A stretch of DNA of 64,000 nt, taken from the IMG/VR virus record IMGVR_UViG_2974602345_000001, positions 13,332 through 77,331 of that record. One strand, 5' to 3'. The stretch comes from a virus (taxonomy: Duplodnaviria; Heunggongvirae; Uroviricota; Caudoviricetes). The notes under the pieces were generated by a model. The model worked only from the letters and a program-made list of their open reading frames with translations, was not told the origin of the DNA and ran no database searches. Shown piece after piece: positions 34,614 through 44,008 of this stretch. Positions within the stretch are counted from its first letter, which is position 1. Each line of letters starts with the position of its first letter. Both the position numbers and the translations under genes were made by a program.

Positions 34614-35099
34614 TCAGCCTGTGAACTCAACGTAGGTAATGTCTTTGAAGCCGATGGACTCGATGATCGCACGGATGCGGGTCCAGTCGCCGCCACCCAG
34701 GCCAGCACCGATCTTCGGAATGCCGATCTTGGGCTGAACATCGAAGTCGATGAACATCAGGTTCAGCTGGTACAGGCCACGTGCAAGGCCGTCATAATCG
34801 ACGTTGTTGCCCGGCTGGCCGATAGTGGCCTGCGTGTACAGGTTCACGCCCATGACGGTGTAGAAGTCAGGGTTACCAGTCTGGCTGACGAAGCCCGTGT
34901 CTGCGAGGGTGAAGGTGCCCAGCTTGCGGATGTCGCCCGCAACGGTCATGCAGTCAACTTCAACCATAGACGGAATACGGCGACGGATCTCGCCAGCAAT
35001 ACCCGAGCCCATGGTGTTGTGGATGTTGGCGCCGTGGATGATAATGTCGAACTCGCCACGTTCGGCCATGTCGATCAGGTTACCTTGAACAGTTTTCAT
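34614..35099 (-). CDS. macrodomain ADP-ribose hydrolase (T4 tk.4-like)
   Basis: VQGNLID, IIHGAN.HNTMGSGIAGEI, NLYTQ, PKIGAGLGGGDW. Confidence 0.9.
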   Translation of the reverse strand: MKTVQGNLIDMAERGEFDIIIHGANIHNTMGSGIAGEIRRRIPSMVEVDCMTVAGDIRKLGTFTLADTGFVSQTGNPDFYTVMGVNLYTQATIGQPGNNVDYDGLARGLYQLNLMFIDFDVQPKIGIPKIGAGLGGGDWTRIRAIIESIGFKDITYVEFTG

Positions 35100-35156
35100 A
35101 GTTGAAGCTCCATATGTAGCAAAGGCGCCGTGAAGCGCCTTTGTTGAGGAAGGCTG

Positions 35157-35696
35157 TTACGCCTTGGACTTGAGGGTGGACTCGAGCACTGCGATCAGCG
35201 CCTTGGTCGACTTCTGGCTCAGGTTGCCTTCCAGGATCAGCTTGGTCAGCTTCGACACCTGGTCACCCTTCACTTTGCGGATGCGACGAACCTTGCGAAC
35301 GATCTGCTGCTGGGTCAGATCAGGCTGAGTGGCCTCGTCCAGGGTCACAGTCGGTGCAGGCTGGTAGACTTCCTGGGTGGTGTAAGCTTCGCGGTACAGC
35401 GCGTTGTTACGGGTGTACAGCACGAACTTCTTGTCGACCGACAGGACCTTCAGCTTCACGGTGTTCTGGCGCAGCTGGCCGGTTTCGTAAATGGCAGCGG
35501 CGAACTTGGCAGCGTCTTGTTCCTTCAGGTGGAAGCCGACGGCACCCAGGCTGTGGGTCTCCTCACCGTTCGCTGGTTTGTAGCTGACCATCCAGCGATC
35601 GCGGCAGGTGTCGTCTTGGCGGACTGTGACGCCCCAGTACTTGGAACGGCCACGGTTGTTGATATAGCCGAAATCGTCACGTACAAAATTCTTCAT
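35157..35696 (-). CDS. AP2-like DNA-binding domain protein
   Basis: SKYWGVT...W...LGAVGF..EQDAAKFAAAIY; own early promoter. Confidence 0.55.
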   Translation of the reverse strand: MKNFVRDDFGYINNRGRSKYWGVTVRQDDTCRDRWMVSYKPANGEETHSLGAVGFHLKEQDAAKFAAAIYETGQLRQNTVKLKVLSVDKKFVLYTRNNALYREAYTTQEVYQPAPTVTLDEATQPDLTQQQIVRKVRRIRKVKGDQVSKLTKLILEGNLSQKSTKALIAVLESTLKSKA

Positions 35697-35742
35697 TTCT
35701 TACTCCACTACATGAACGGTTGTGTTTGTGTGTATGCTGGCT

Positions 35743-35771
35743 AGTTTATAGCGGTTTGGTTTGACTGTAAA
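35743..35771 (-). promoter_or_regulatory. early promoter TTTACA-17-TAAACT
   Basis: tgtaaa 35766-35771, agttta 35743-35748. Confidence 0.75.
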
Positions 35772-35863
35772 CACCATCACCTAAAATATTTTGGCTTGGC
35801 TTCACCGTTTCCATACACAAATAGTAAGGGGCCCGTAGGCCCCTTGTAAACAGCGATGTTGGA

Positions 35864-36202
35864 TCAGACAGAAGTGCCGTCGTCAGCCAGTGCGTCTTGG
35901 ACGCGGTCGTCGTAGTTGTCGTTGGCCCAGGCGTAGGACTCGAGGTCAGCGAGGTCTTCGTCATCCAGATCGAAGTACTCCTCAACGAAGCCAATGGCCA
36001 CGTCAGGGTCTTCAAACTCCATGCTGCCGAGACCTTGGTTCTTGTCGTCATACAGCCACAGGGCTGTCATGCCGGTGATAGGGTTCCACTTGAGTGCGTA
36101 CGACGCGGCACACTCAAGCTGTTCAGGTGTGAAGACAGGGCTCTCCCCCTCCATCAACTGAACAGCTTGCGTGATTTGGATGTGTTCTTTGAGAGTGATC
36201 AT
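35864..36202 (-). CDS. highly acidic late protein, candidate internal head protein
   Basis: 112 aa, 26 D/E versus 4 K/R; MITLKEHI N-terminus; CATAAATA at 36238-36245. Confidence 0.65.
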   Translation of the reverse strand: MITLKEHIQITQAVQLMEGESPVFTPEQLECAASYALKWNPITGMTALWLYDDKNQGLGSMEFEDPDVAIGFVEEYFDLDDEDLADLESYAWANDNYDDRVQDALADDGTSV

Positions 36203-36264
36203 TCGTTTGACCTTCTGATTCGGTTGTGGCGTTGTACTATTTATGACTCGCCACAACCTAACCA

Positions 36265-36921
36265 TCACATCAGGTCAAACTCCTCAGGAATGGCGACGTC
36301 ACCAGTGCCATAGCCTACCGCGTGCTGTAGCAGGATGACGTCCTTGCAGCAGTCGTGAACCGAGTTGTGCTTGATGAAACCCTCAAACAGCCCTTTCGGT
36401 ACAGGCATCTTGCGAAGGTGAGGGTCCAGCATGGCGAAGGCAATGGCTGTGCGGACATCGCGCTGCATCCAGAACGGCACAGGGAATGAACTGTAGTCCA
36501 AGCCAAACGTGTTGAACAGCTTGTCAACGATGTCAGCCATCAGCGGGAAGTCGAACGACGCACCGCGTACATAGCCCAGTGAGTTCCTTGGGTCAACACC
36601 AGCGCGCTCGCAGAAGGCTTTGAACTCCAGGATGCCATCAGCCAGGTCCATATCGTCAGGAGACGGGTCAAACACCTTGCGAGCATCGCCAGACTGCTTG
36701 TTCCACCATTCCAGCGTGGACTTGCCTACAGTGCGGCCAGGTTGGGTCTTGACGTTGAACTTGACACTGAAGACGCGGGCGCTGTTGTTTACAAGCTCGG
36801 CGAAGGTGTCGACTTGCTTCTCGTAGAAGACGACGGCAGCGAGGTCGAGTACGATAGCAGAGGGCTTGACGTCAACAGTTTCGAAGTCCATCAGGATGCT
36901 GGGTGGATGAGGATTGGTCAT
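36265..36921 (-). CDS. dexA: 3'-5' exonuclease DexA (DEDDh)
   Basis: LMDFET, STLEWW.KQS, RGASFDFP, FWMQRDVRT, HNSVHDC. Confidence 0.85.
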   Translation of the reverse strand: MTNPHPPSILMDFETVDVKPSAIVLDLAAVVFYEKQVDTFAELVNNSARVFSVKFNVKTQPGRTVGKSTLEWWNKQSGDARKVFDPSPDDMDLADGILEFKAFCERAGVDPRNSLGYVRGASFDFPLMADIVDKLFNTFGLDYSSFPVPFWMQRDVRTAIAFAMLDPHLRKMPVPKGLFEGFIKHNSVHDCCKDVILLQHAVGYGTGDVAIPEEFDLM

Positions 36922-37002
36922 TGTGGTTCTCAGTGGTTGGAGGAGCTACACAGTATATACCACAGCCAACAAAAAGGGCTAGTCTCCTAGCCCTTGATGG
37001 TG

Positions 37003-40000
37003 TTACGCCTTGCCGTTGAGGTAGTCCAGGAACTGCCCAATCTTCTCACGATCGTACATCATCGACTTGGTTGAGCGCACACAGAACACGCCGCCAGGTC
37101 CGTTGGTAGCAATTTGGACAGTAGGACCAGAGCCCGACCAGTCAAGTTTGACATGCTTACCAAACTTGGAGGCATCGAAGTCTTCAAAGTCGACAGCCTT
37201 AGTCTTCGACACTGGGATAGTACCATCCATGAAGATGAACACTACCGCGTTCTTCATTTTGCCTCCTGGACCCGCCTCATTGATGAAGTTTGTGAAGTGT
37301 TTGATCCCCACTATTGATGTACTTTCGTTGATACCATGTTTGGACTTTAACGCACTCATCTGGGCTTTGTCAATAAGCTCACACTCGTACGCCTTGTAGA
37401 TCCGAGTCTGCTCGTTGGCGTTGAACACAGCCCACTCAGGGCTAATCACGCGGGTTGTGCTGTATCCAGTGCCTGGCCCTGCAGCTTTGAAGTCACGAGC
37501 GTACTTACCAAGAGACACTTCCATCTCAAAGATGTAGCCTTTGACACCAGTACCTCGACTGTAACCGCCGTCCGACATGTACTGGCTTACCTTGTCCAGC
37601 ACGTTCGAGAAGTAGATACCGTCGCCGAGCATCCGACCCACTACTGACGAGTCGTTGGCGTTGATGACCTTGAACCCGTAGCGCAGAATCATCGACGCGG
37701 CGATGCTACCCGTACCATGGAACATTGGGCGCATGATTTGTGGATCAGTCCCTTCAGCGTTCATCTTAGCTACCCAGTCAGCAAAGCCCTTTTCTTGAAC
37801 TGGGATGTTCACGCTGAACGAACGCAGCATCTTCACAGCGATGTTACCATGCTTGTACCGGTTGAAGGCGTCATACTCGATAGTCATCTCCTCAAGCTCT
37901 TGCTCAGTCTTGACGTCTTCGGTCACTGCCAGTTTGTTGATCGGATCAGTAATGACATTTTTAGCCATCAACTCAGTCAATGTGGTGTTATCACGCACCT
38001 GGCTTACTCGAGGGACCTTGATGTCGTTGTACTTCAGGATCTGGTTGATTCGCTCAGGTGTAAGGTCTACCAGTGGCTTGATAGGGATGTTGTCGCCTAC
38101 AAGCTCAGCCTTGGTGCTGTTCATGAAGTTCTTGGAATGAACAGCTTTGGCGACCAGGCGACGCTCTTCGATTGGCATGCTACCGAACATGGACTCACCT
38201 ACAGCGTTGTCCTTGGTCCACAGTTCAACTACAGCAGTCGAAACAGCTTGCTCGTCAACTGCACGAACCGATGGAGCCTGTGAACGATCGTACGAGTTCA
38301 GCTTGATCGCCAACCGCTTTACTGTATCAATGCTCAGCTTGTCCCACAGGTTATTGACGTTGAGTCCTTGGACCAAACCAAAGCCGTTAGGGAACTTGGC
38401 ATACGTGTCCATTGCTCTGCCCAGCACCTTGTTGAGTGTATCAGCGTCGAGTAACTTGATAAACCGAGCAGTCTCGTCAAACACCATGTTCACTACAAGT
38501 TCAGGGTTTGCTTCTGCATAGTCGTTCACAGCATCAGCGCCCAGCACTTCAGCAACCTTGTCAGCATATCCTTGGCTGATAAGTTTCACAAGACGACCCT
38601 TCACTGCATCTTGATCGATGGTAGGCGACCCATTGTACACTTTGACAAACATGTCCTGGCGACGTGACAGATGATCAGGGATGCTAGGGATCAGGCCCAG
38701 CAGGTCAACCACAGTTTTACCCGCCGCAAGGTATCCTTCAGCCATGTTGGGCGCTCGAAGGGCCAGGGTTTTGAAGTTGGTGCTATCAAGCAAGTTTGCA
38801 TTGACAAGTTTTGCAATCTGCGTTTCAGTAAGCACAGGTCCGAACATAGAAGCAAAGACGTATGCGTTGAACACCTCCCAGTTACTTGTGCCTGGTTTGA
38901 ACGTGCCGATTACCTTGTCAACGTAGGCGTCAACATCCATCTTGCCAATAGAGATGAACGACACAGCCGTTTGATCAACTATCATTGCCGGGGCTGTGAT
39001 GAACTTGTTGTAGAATACATCAGGACGTTTTGAGAAATACGCTATGGTCCCAAGGGCTCGGTTTGATGAAGCGTCGTATCGAATGAAGCCAAACAGGGCG
39101 TTGACGTTGACGTCGCTCAGTGACTGGTCAGCAGGCAGGTTGCCAATGCGCTTAGCATACGCGCCAATCACAGCGTCGTTGAAGTTGTACATCGTTCCGA
39201 TAGCAATTTGGCCATCAAACGCAGACAAGAGAGTCTTGTTGATGAAGTCCATCGGAGCAGTGGCCACGAACTCTTCAACCAGGCGGGTCAGCTCTTTCTG
39301 ATCAATGGTTCGATAGTTGGCAGCACCGGTTGAGTTGAACGTCTTGATGTCACCCGCCATGAAGAGCTTGAGCATAGTCGTCTCAATGCCTTCACCGGTG
39401 CCGAACGACACACTAGTCTTGTTGACGTACTTCTTGACCAGGGCGTCAATCAGTTGCTGAGACTGATCAAACCAATCGTCATACTTGGTAAAGATCAGCG
39501 ATCCATTTTGGGTAACAGACGCATCCGACACCACATAGCCATCAATGTCCTGTGCAAGTACAGTACCGTCAACCAAGCCAGCATAATAGCCAGTGACCAT
39601 CAGCTTGGCGATGTTAGGGTTGCTGTAGCCGTTGGTCCGATCTGTGATGAATGGGACGAAACTGCCTTTGACTACCAGGTCCTCACTGATAGCCTCCTGA
39701 ACTGTTCCGTAGGCTTGGGTCAGGGCAACTTCAAAGTCACCCGGCTTGGCATCAAGCAGAAGACTAGCAGCAGCCGCGTTGATGCGCGACGACATGGTTT
39801 CAAACAACTTGCTGATAGAGCCCCCAGTCTTGACGTTACCTGACTGTGCCTTCAACGTGATAACTTCACCGCTGATCTTCGACATCTCCTCACCGAGGTC
39901 TTCAACAGCAGTCTTCGAGTTGGTGACATACACCACGATGTACGCATAAGCGACAGGGTCATACCGCTTCAGGTAGAAGCCCATACCTTCGCGCCATTGG

Positions 40001-40941
40001 TCGAGGTTAACCTTGTCGAACAGTGCGTCAAGTGACTTACCAACGTACAGCTCGTTGAACAGAGTGTCGAAGTGCTGCTGCATGTACTGGCGGTGCACAC
40101 GCACATCACGGAGGATGCTTGCGAAGTCATCGCGGCCCTTGGCATAGTGCAGGCGAGCGAACAGATCGTCGTTAAACGCAGTCGGGTTGTTCATTGGGTC
40201 AGGCAGGTTGTCTGCAGGTGCTGCTTGGGTGGCTGGCGGTGTCAAGCCAGCATTTGGGTCAGCCGCGACGCTCACAGGAGTCACCTGACCTGCAACAGCC
40301 GGCTGAACTTCGTGGCCTTCGAGCTTCGACAGCTTGACGTGGGTCGGGTTGCCAACGAACTTGGCTTCGTCAAACTCAGGACCACCCCAGTATGGGTAGA
40401 TAGTCTGTGGGTTGACATACAGCAGCTCAATGGAACCGTTGGTGCCCTCTTCGTTGACCCCGTACAGGCTCAGGTGAAGTTTGCGGTTCGACTTGAACGC
40501 CCGCGCAGTGGCACGCACGAACAGCGTGGCGTAAGGCTTGAGCGATGCCTGGAGGATGATAGCGTAAGACGAAGCCAGCGGGCCGTCTTTGCTGTCCTTG
40601 TACTCGGTGTAGCACTGCATGAAGGTAACCAGGACCTTCTTGAACGTGCCTGAGTCAACAGTGATGTTCTGGGCGAAGTTCTTGGTCTTGCGGCGCATGA
40701 ACGCCAGAACGCGGGTGTTCTTGCCGTACTTGCGTTGGCCCGAGCCTTGGATCAGGTTTGCTTTGTAGACACGGAAGGCAAACTCAGTACCATGGTCGTC
40801 AGTAAAGACAGCCTGGAACGTGATAGCAGGGTCGGCAGGATACTCGCCTGGAGCAGATACGGTGAATGGGTAGCCTTTGGCTGAGCCCATATTGAAGAGC
40901 TCTGTCAAGAGCTCTTCGCTGATAATCTCGAGGTCTTCCAT
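37003..40941 (-). CDS. large late protein with C-terminal PARP-like (H-Y-E) ADP-ribosyltransferase domain
   Basis: MFHGT, GRMLGDGIYFS, KVSQY, IFEMEVSLG, SPEWAVF; ACTAAATA promoter at 40980-40987. Confidence 0.8.
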   Translation of the reverse strand: MEDLEIISEELLTELFNMGSAKGYPFTVSAPGEYPADPAITFQAVFTDDHGTEFAFRVYKANLIQGSGQRKYGKNTRVLAFMRRKTKNFAQNITVDSGTFKKVLVTFMQCYTEYKDSKDGPLASSYAIILQASLKPYATLFVRATARAFKSNRKLHLSLYGVNEEGTNGSIELLYVNPQTIYPYWGGPEFDEAKFVGNPTHVKLSKLEGHEVQPAVAGQVTPVSVAADPNAGLTPPATQAAPADNLPDPMNNPTAFNDDLFARLHYAKGRDDFASILRDVRVHRQYMQQHFDTLFNELYVGKSLDALFDKVNLDQWREGMGFYLKRYDPVAYAYIVVYVTNSKTAVEDLGEEMSKISGEVITLKAQSGNVKTGGSISKLFETMSSRINAAAASLLLDAKPGDFEVALTQAYGTVQEAISEDLVVKGSFVPFITDRTNGYSNPNIAKLMVTGYYAGLVDGTVLAQDIDGYVVSDASVTQNGSLIFTKYDDWFDQSQQLIDALVKKYVNKTSVSFGTGEGIETTMLKLFMAGDIKTFNSTGAANYRTIDQKELTRLVEEFVATAPMDFINKTLLSAFDGQIAIGTMYNFNDAVIGAYAKRIGNLPADQSLSDVNVNALFGFIRYDASSNRALGTIAYFSKRPDVFYNKFITAPAMIVDQTAVSFISIGKMDVDAYVDKVIGTFKPGTSNWEVFNAYVFASMFGPVLTETQIAKLVNANLLDSTNFKTLALRAPNMAEGYLAAGKTVVDLLGLIPSIPDHLSRRQDMFVKVYNGSPTIDQDAVKGRLVKLISQGYADKVAEVLGADAVNDYAEANPELVVNMVFDETARFIKLLDADTLNKVLGRAMDTYAKFPNGFGLVQGLNVNNLWDKLSIDTVKRLAIKLNSYDRSQAPSVRAVDEQAVSTAVVELWTKDNAVGESMFGSMPIEERRLVAKAVHSKNFMNSTKAELVGDNIPIKPLVDLTPERINQILKYNDIKVPRVSQVRDNTTLTELMAKNVITDPINKLAVTEDVKTEQELEEMTIEYDAFNRYKHGNIAVKMLRSFSVNIPVQEKGFADWVAKMNAEGTDPQIMRPMFHGTGSIAASMILRYGFKVINANDSSVVGRMLGDGIYFSNVLDKVSQYMSDGGYSRGTGVKGYIFEMEVSLGKYARDFKAAGPGTGYSTTRVISPEWAVFNANEQTRIYKAYECELIDKAQMSALKSKHGINESTSIVGIKHFTNFINEAGPGGKMKNAVVFIFMDGTIPVSKTKAVDFEDFDASKFGKHVKLDWSGSGPTVQIATNGPGGVFCVRSTKSMMYDREKIGQFLDYLNGKA

Positions 40942-40979
40942 CGTTTGGAGTCCTAGCAAAAGGGATCATTGGATCCCTT

Positions 40980-40987
40980 TATTTAGT
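40980..40987 (-). promoter_or_regulatory. late promoter ACTAAATA plus 5' hairpin
   Basis: Octamer followed by AAGGGATC-CAAT-GATCCCTT. Confidence 0.65.
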
Positions 40988-40995
40988 TCAACCCC

Positions 40996-41463
40996 TTACT
41001 TGAACAGCAGCCCTCGACCACCAGCAGCCTCCCATGCGTCAATCGCTTTCTGGCGGTCATCAACCAGGATACAGGTGCGGTAGGCTGGGTCAACGTACAG
41101 ACCCTTCTGATCTACCTTATCGACAAGGATGAGTCGCACATCACTACCGAGGTTGTCGGCGACCCAATGCATCTTGGCGCGGGTGACCTCGTCCTTGTTA
41201 ATGTGGCCCGTGGCGCTGAGGATAGCAACCGGCACTCCCGCAGAGACGAACGACTGATAGAGCTCCATACCCCGCTCAATCTTCCTCATACAGTAGAAGA
41301 ACTCGTAATCAAACAGGTTCTGCTTGACCTCATCCTTCTCAGCCTTGCTCATGCCGTTGAAGCGTTTGAGCGTCACACAAGCGTTCTGCTTGAATGCGTA
41401 CTCCCAATCAGCCAGAACGCCGTCAAGGTCGAAGAATACTTTCAGTGGTTGCTTATCAGTCAT
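40996..41463 (-). CDS. HAD-family nucleotidase (T4 30.2-like)
   Basis: FFDLDGVLAD, AILSATG, ILVDDRQKAIDAWEAAGG. Confidence 0.8.
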   Translation of the reverse strand: MTDKQPLKVFFDLDGVLADWEYAFKQNACVTLKRFNGMSKAEKDEVKQNLFDYEFFYCMRKIERGMELYQSFVSAGVPVAILSATGHINKDEVTRAKMHWVADNLGSDVRLILVDKVDQKGLYVDPAYRTCILVDDRQKAIDAWEAAGGRGLLFK

Positions 41464-41490
41464 TAGTACCCCTGTTAAACTCATCAAAAC

Positions 41491-41498
41491 ACTAAATA
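41491..41498 (+). promoter_or_regulatory. plus-strand late promoter ACTAAATA for the homing endonuclease
   Basis: Same octamer as the other late sites, 27 nt before the ATG at 41525. Confidence 0.6.
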
Positions 41499-41524
41499 AA
41501 TTAAACATCAATTTGGATACTGCT

Positions 41525-42376
41525 ATGTATTACATCGTATACGAGACAATCAACAAAATCAATGGAAAGGTCTACATCGGTAAGCACAAAACCACCAACA
41601 TGGAGACCGACCGATACATAGGCTCAGGCAACTTGATCAAGCAAGCTATCAAGAAGTACGGTGAAGAGAACTTCGAGCGCTCAATCATCTTCTGTGCGTT
41701 CACTGAGGAGGACGCTTTTGAGGTTGAGCGCATTCTGGTAGATGAGGAGTTCGTACGCCGCGTTGACACCTACAACTTGGCTACCGGTGGCAGGGGCGGG
41801 TACACAATGTCTGAGGAGTTCTGTGAGAGAGCTTCGAAGCGCATGATGGGTGAGGGTAACCCTAACTTTGGCAAGCCGAGACCAGACCATTCAAAGAAGA
41901 AGCAGAGCGACGCTATGAAAGGTCGGACGCTTAGTGATGAACACAAGTCAAAGATATCAGAGGCTGTACGCGGAGAGAACCATCCAAACTTCGGTAAGCA
42001 CCACAGTGAAGAGACTCGTATGAAGCTGCGCGAGTCAAACTTGGGCGTCCCTAGATCAGATGAGACACGGGCTCGCATGTCAGAGTCACACAAGGGGTTG
42101 AAGCAGAGTCAGGAGACAAAGGACAAGCGTGCAGCTCATCACATTGGAGTGAAACGGTCCGACGAAGCTCGCCAAAGGATGTCGGACGCTAGAAAGAATG
42201 CACCAATGGTTACTTGCCCTCACTGCAACAAGACTGCAAAGCGAAGTGGTCGTATGACGTTCAACCACTTCGACAATTGCAAGCAGCGAGTTCAAGTCAC
42301 CTTAGACAGCTATCTCAGTGAAGCCATCCTTGAGCCTGAACTGGAGCTCGGTGCGGAAGTGGTCGCGGAATTCTGA
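41525..42376 (+). mobile_element. free-standing GIY-YIG (Seg-like) homing endonuclease with NUMOD3 repeats
   Basis: IVYETINKINGKVYIGKH...YIGSG; repeated HSEETR-type motifs; 3' end overlaps gp46 by 75 nt. Confidence 0.88.
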
Positions 42377-44008
42377 GAACCTTTGCGTGATAACGAAACA
42401 GTTGCGATGTGGCAACTTCTCACGCACCAGTTTCATGAAGCTGCTGACGCCTTCACTATCCAAGTTTTCCATCACTTCGTCAAGTGCCAGGAGGTTGGTA
42501 ACCACCGAGTTCTTGATAGCAGCAACTTCAAGCAGGGCCAGCCAGATGGCCAAGTTGACACGGCTCTTCTGACCAGTCGACAGGTTGTCGTAGGTGAAGC
42601 CTTCACGGTTGATGGAGGTGATCTTGTCTTCAAACTTCTCGTTCAGAGCGATCCCAATGAAGAAGTCCATAGCACCCAGGTACTCGTTTACCCGAGTGTT
42701 GATGAACTCGATGTAGTCACGAACGATGGATGCCTTGATACCGTCGTCTTTGAGCAGGTCCTTGGCACGCGCTTGAGCAACCTCCTTCTGCTTGAGCTCC
42801 TCGAGGCCATCGGTCATGGTGTCAAAGGTAGTGGTTGAGGACTGAAGCTCTTGGCGATACTGGTCTACCTTCGACTCCACAGACAGCCGGGCAATTGCAG
42901 CCCGTTTAGACGCGATCTCGCGGTCGATGCGTGCGATTGCATCCTGAGTGGTACGTCTGGCCCGCTGGAGCTCTTGTTCAGCCTGCTGGGTGGCTACGAG
43001 GTCGTTCAGCGTGGCTACAGCAAGCTGGTAGTGCGAAACCATGTTCGCAGCTGACTCTTTGATACCCGAAACCTTAGTGTTGCATTCATCATGCTTAACA
43101 CGTTTGATCTCGTCATCAATAGGCTGGCTACAGGTCGGACAAACATCGTTGTCCTTGAAGAAGCTCGCCGTGCGCTCAAGCTCTTTGATGTTAGCCTGGA
43201 ACTTGACTGCAACATCTTCAAACTGGCGCTTCTTAGCCGAAGCGGCAGTCACCTTTGAGCCAACACCTTCAAACTCAACCAAACGAGTGTCAATGTCAGT
43301 AAGTTTGGAGGTCTCACCATCCTTCTCAGTTTCGAGCCCTGTGATGTCGTCGCGCAGGCCTTGGACTTGACCATCGACGTTGGACGCAGCCTCATCGATC
43401 AAGCGCTGTTGCCCTCGCATGCGCTCCTGGAGGCGCTCACGCTCAAACTTCAGGTCTTCAATCTCGCTCGATAGTGTTCGGGCACGCGACTTCTGGAGGT
43501 CAGACATGACGCTGAACACTGAGATGTCAAGGATATCTTCAACCACCTTCCGGCGATCAGCGGCACCCAGGTCCATGAATGGCGTGTACTTCTCCTTGTT
43601 CAGGACCACTACCTGAGTGAACAGCTTGAAGTCCATGCCCAGGACGTACTCGATCTTCGCCTGGTAGTCGCTGGACTTGGCACTCTGGTCCTGCATCTCA
43701 CCATCAATCCAGAACTCCAACACAGCTGGCTTCTGGCCCCTGACGATCTTGTACTCTTTGCCGTTCTTGGTGAACTCAATCTCTACCACCAGCGCCTTGC
43801 GGTTGATGGTGTTGATCAGCTGCGCCAAGGTCAGCTTCTTGAGCGGCTTGCCAAACAGGCCGTACGACACAGCCTCAAGCATGGTCGATTTACCAGCGCC
43901 GTTCTGCCCGCCGATCACAGTGGTAGGCGACCGGTCAAGGTCGATAGTGATGAAGGTGTTGCCGACGGACTGGAAGTTTTTGTACCGAACTTTCTTGAAG
44001 AGAAGCAT
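42302..44008 (-). CDS. 46: recombination endonuclease subunit gp46 (Rad50/SbcC-like)
   Basis: GQNGAGKS, CPTC hook, LSTGQK, LDE. Confidence 0.96.
   Translation of the reverse strand: MLLFKKVRYKNFQSVGNTFITIDLDRSPTTVIGGQNGAGKSTMLEAVSYGLFGKPLKKLTLAQLINTINRKALVVEIEFTKNGKEYKIVRGQKPAVLEFWIDGEMQDQSAKSSDYQAKIEYVLGMDFKLFTQVVVLNKEKYTPFMDLGAADRRKVVEDILDISVFSVMSDLQKSRARTLSSEIEDLKFERERLQERMRGQQRLIDEAASNVDGQVQGLRDDITGLETEKDGETSKLTDIDTRLVEFEGVGSKVTAASAKKRQFEDVAVKFQANIKELERTASFFKDNDVCPTCSQPIDDEIKRVKHDECNTKVSGIKESAANMVSHYQLAVATLNDLVATQQAEQELQRARRTTQDAIARIDREIASKRAAIARLSVESKVDQYRQELQSSTTTFDTMTDGLEELKQKEVAQARAKDLLKDDGIKASIVRDYIEFINTRVNEYLGAMDFFIGIALNEKFEDKITSINREGFTYDNLSTGQKSRVNLAIWLALLEVAAIKNSVVTNLLALDEVMENLDSEGVSSFMKLVREKLPHRNCFVITQRFSEFRDHFRTELQFRLKDGFTEIAV

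Noticed and set aside
37003-40941. Calling the large protein T4 Alt
   Set aside because: The catalytic motifs are H-Y-E (PARP-like), not R-S-E, so it is at most a functional analogue; no symbol assigned.
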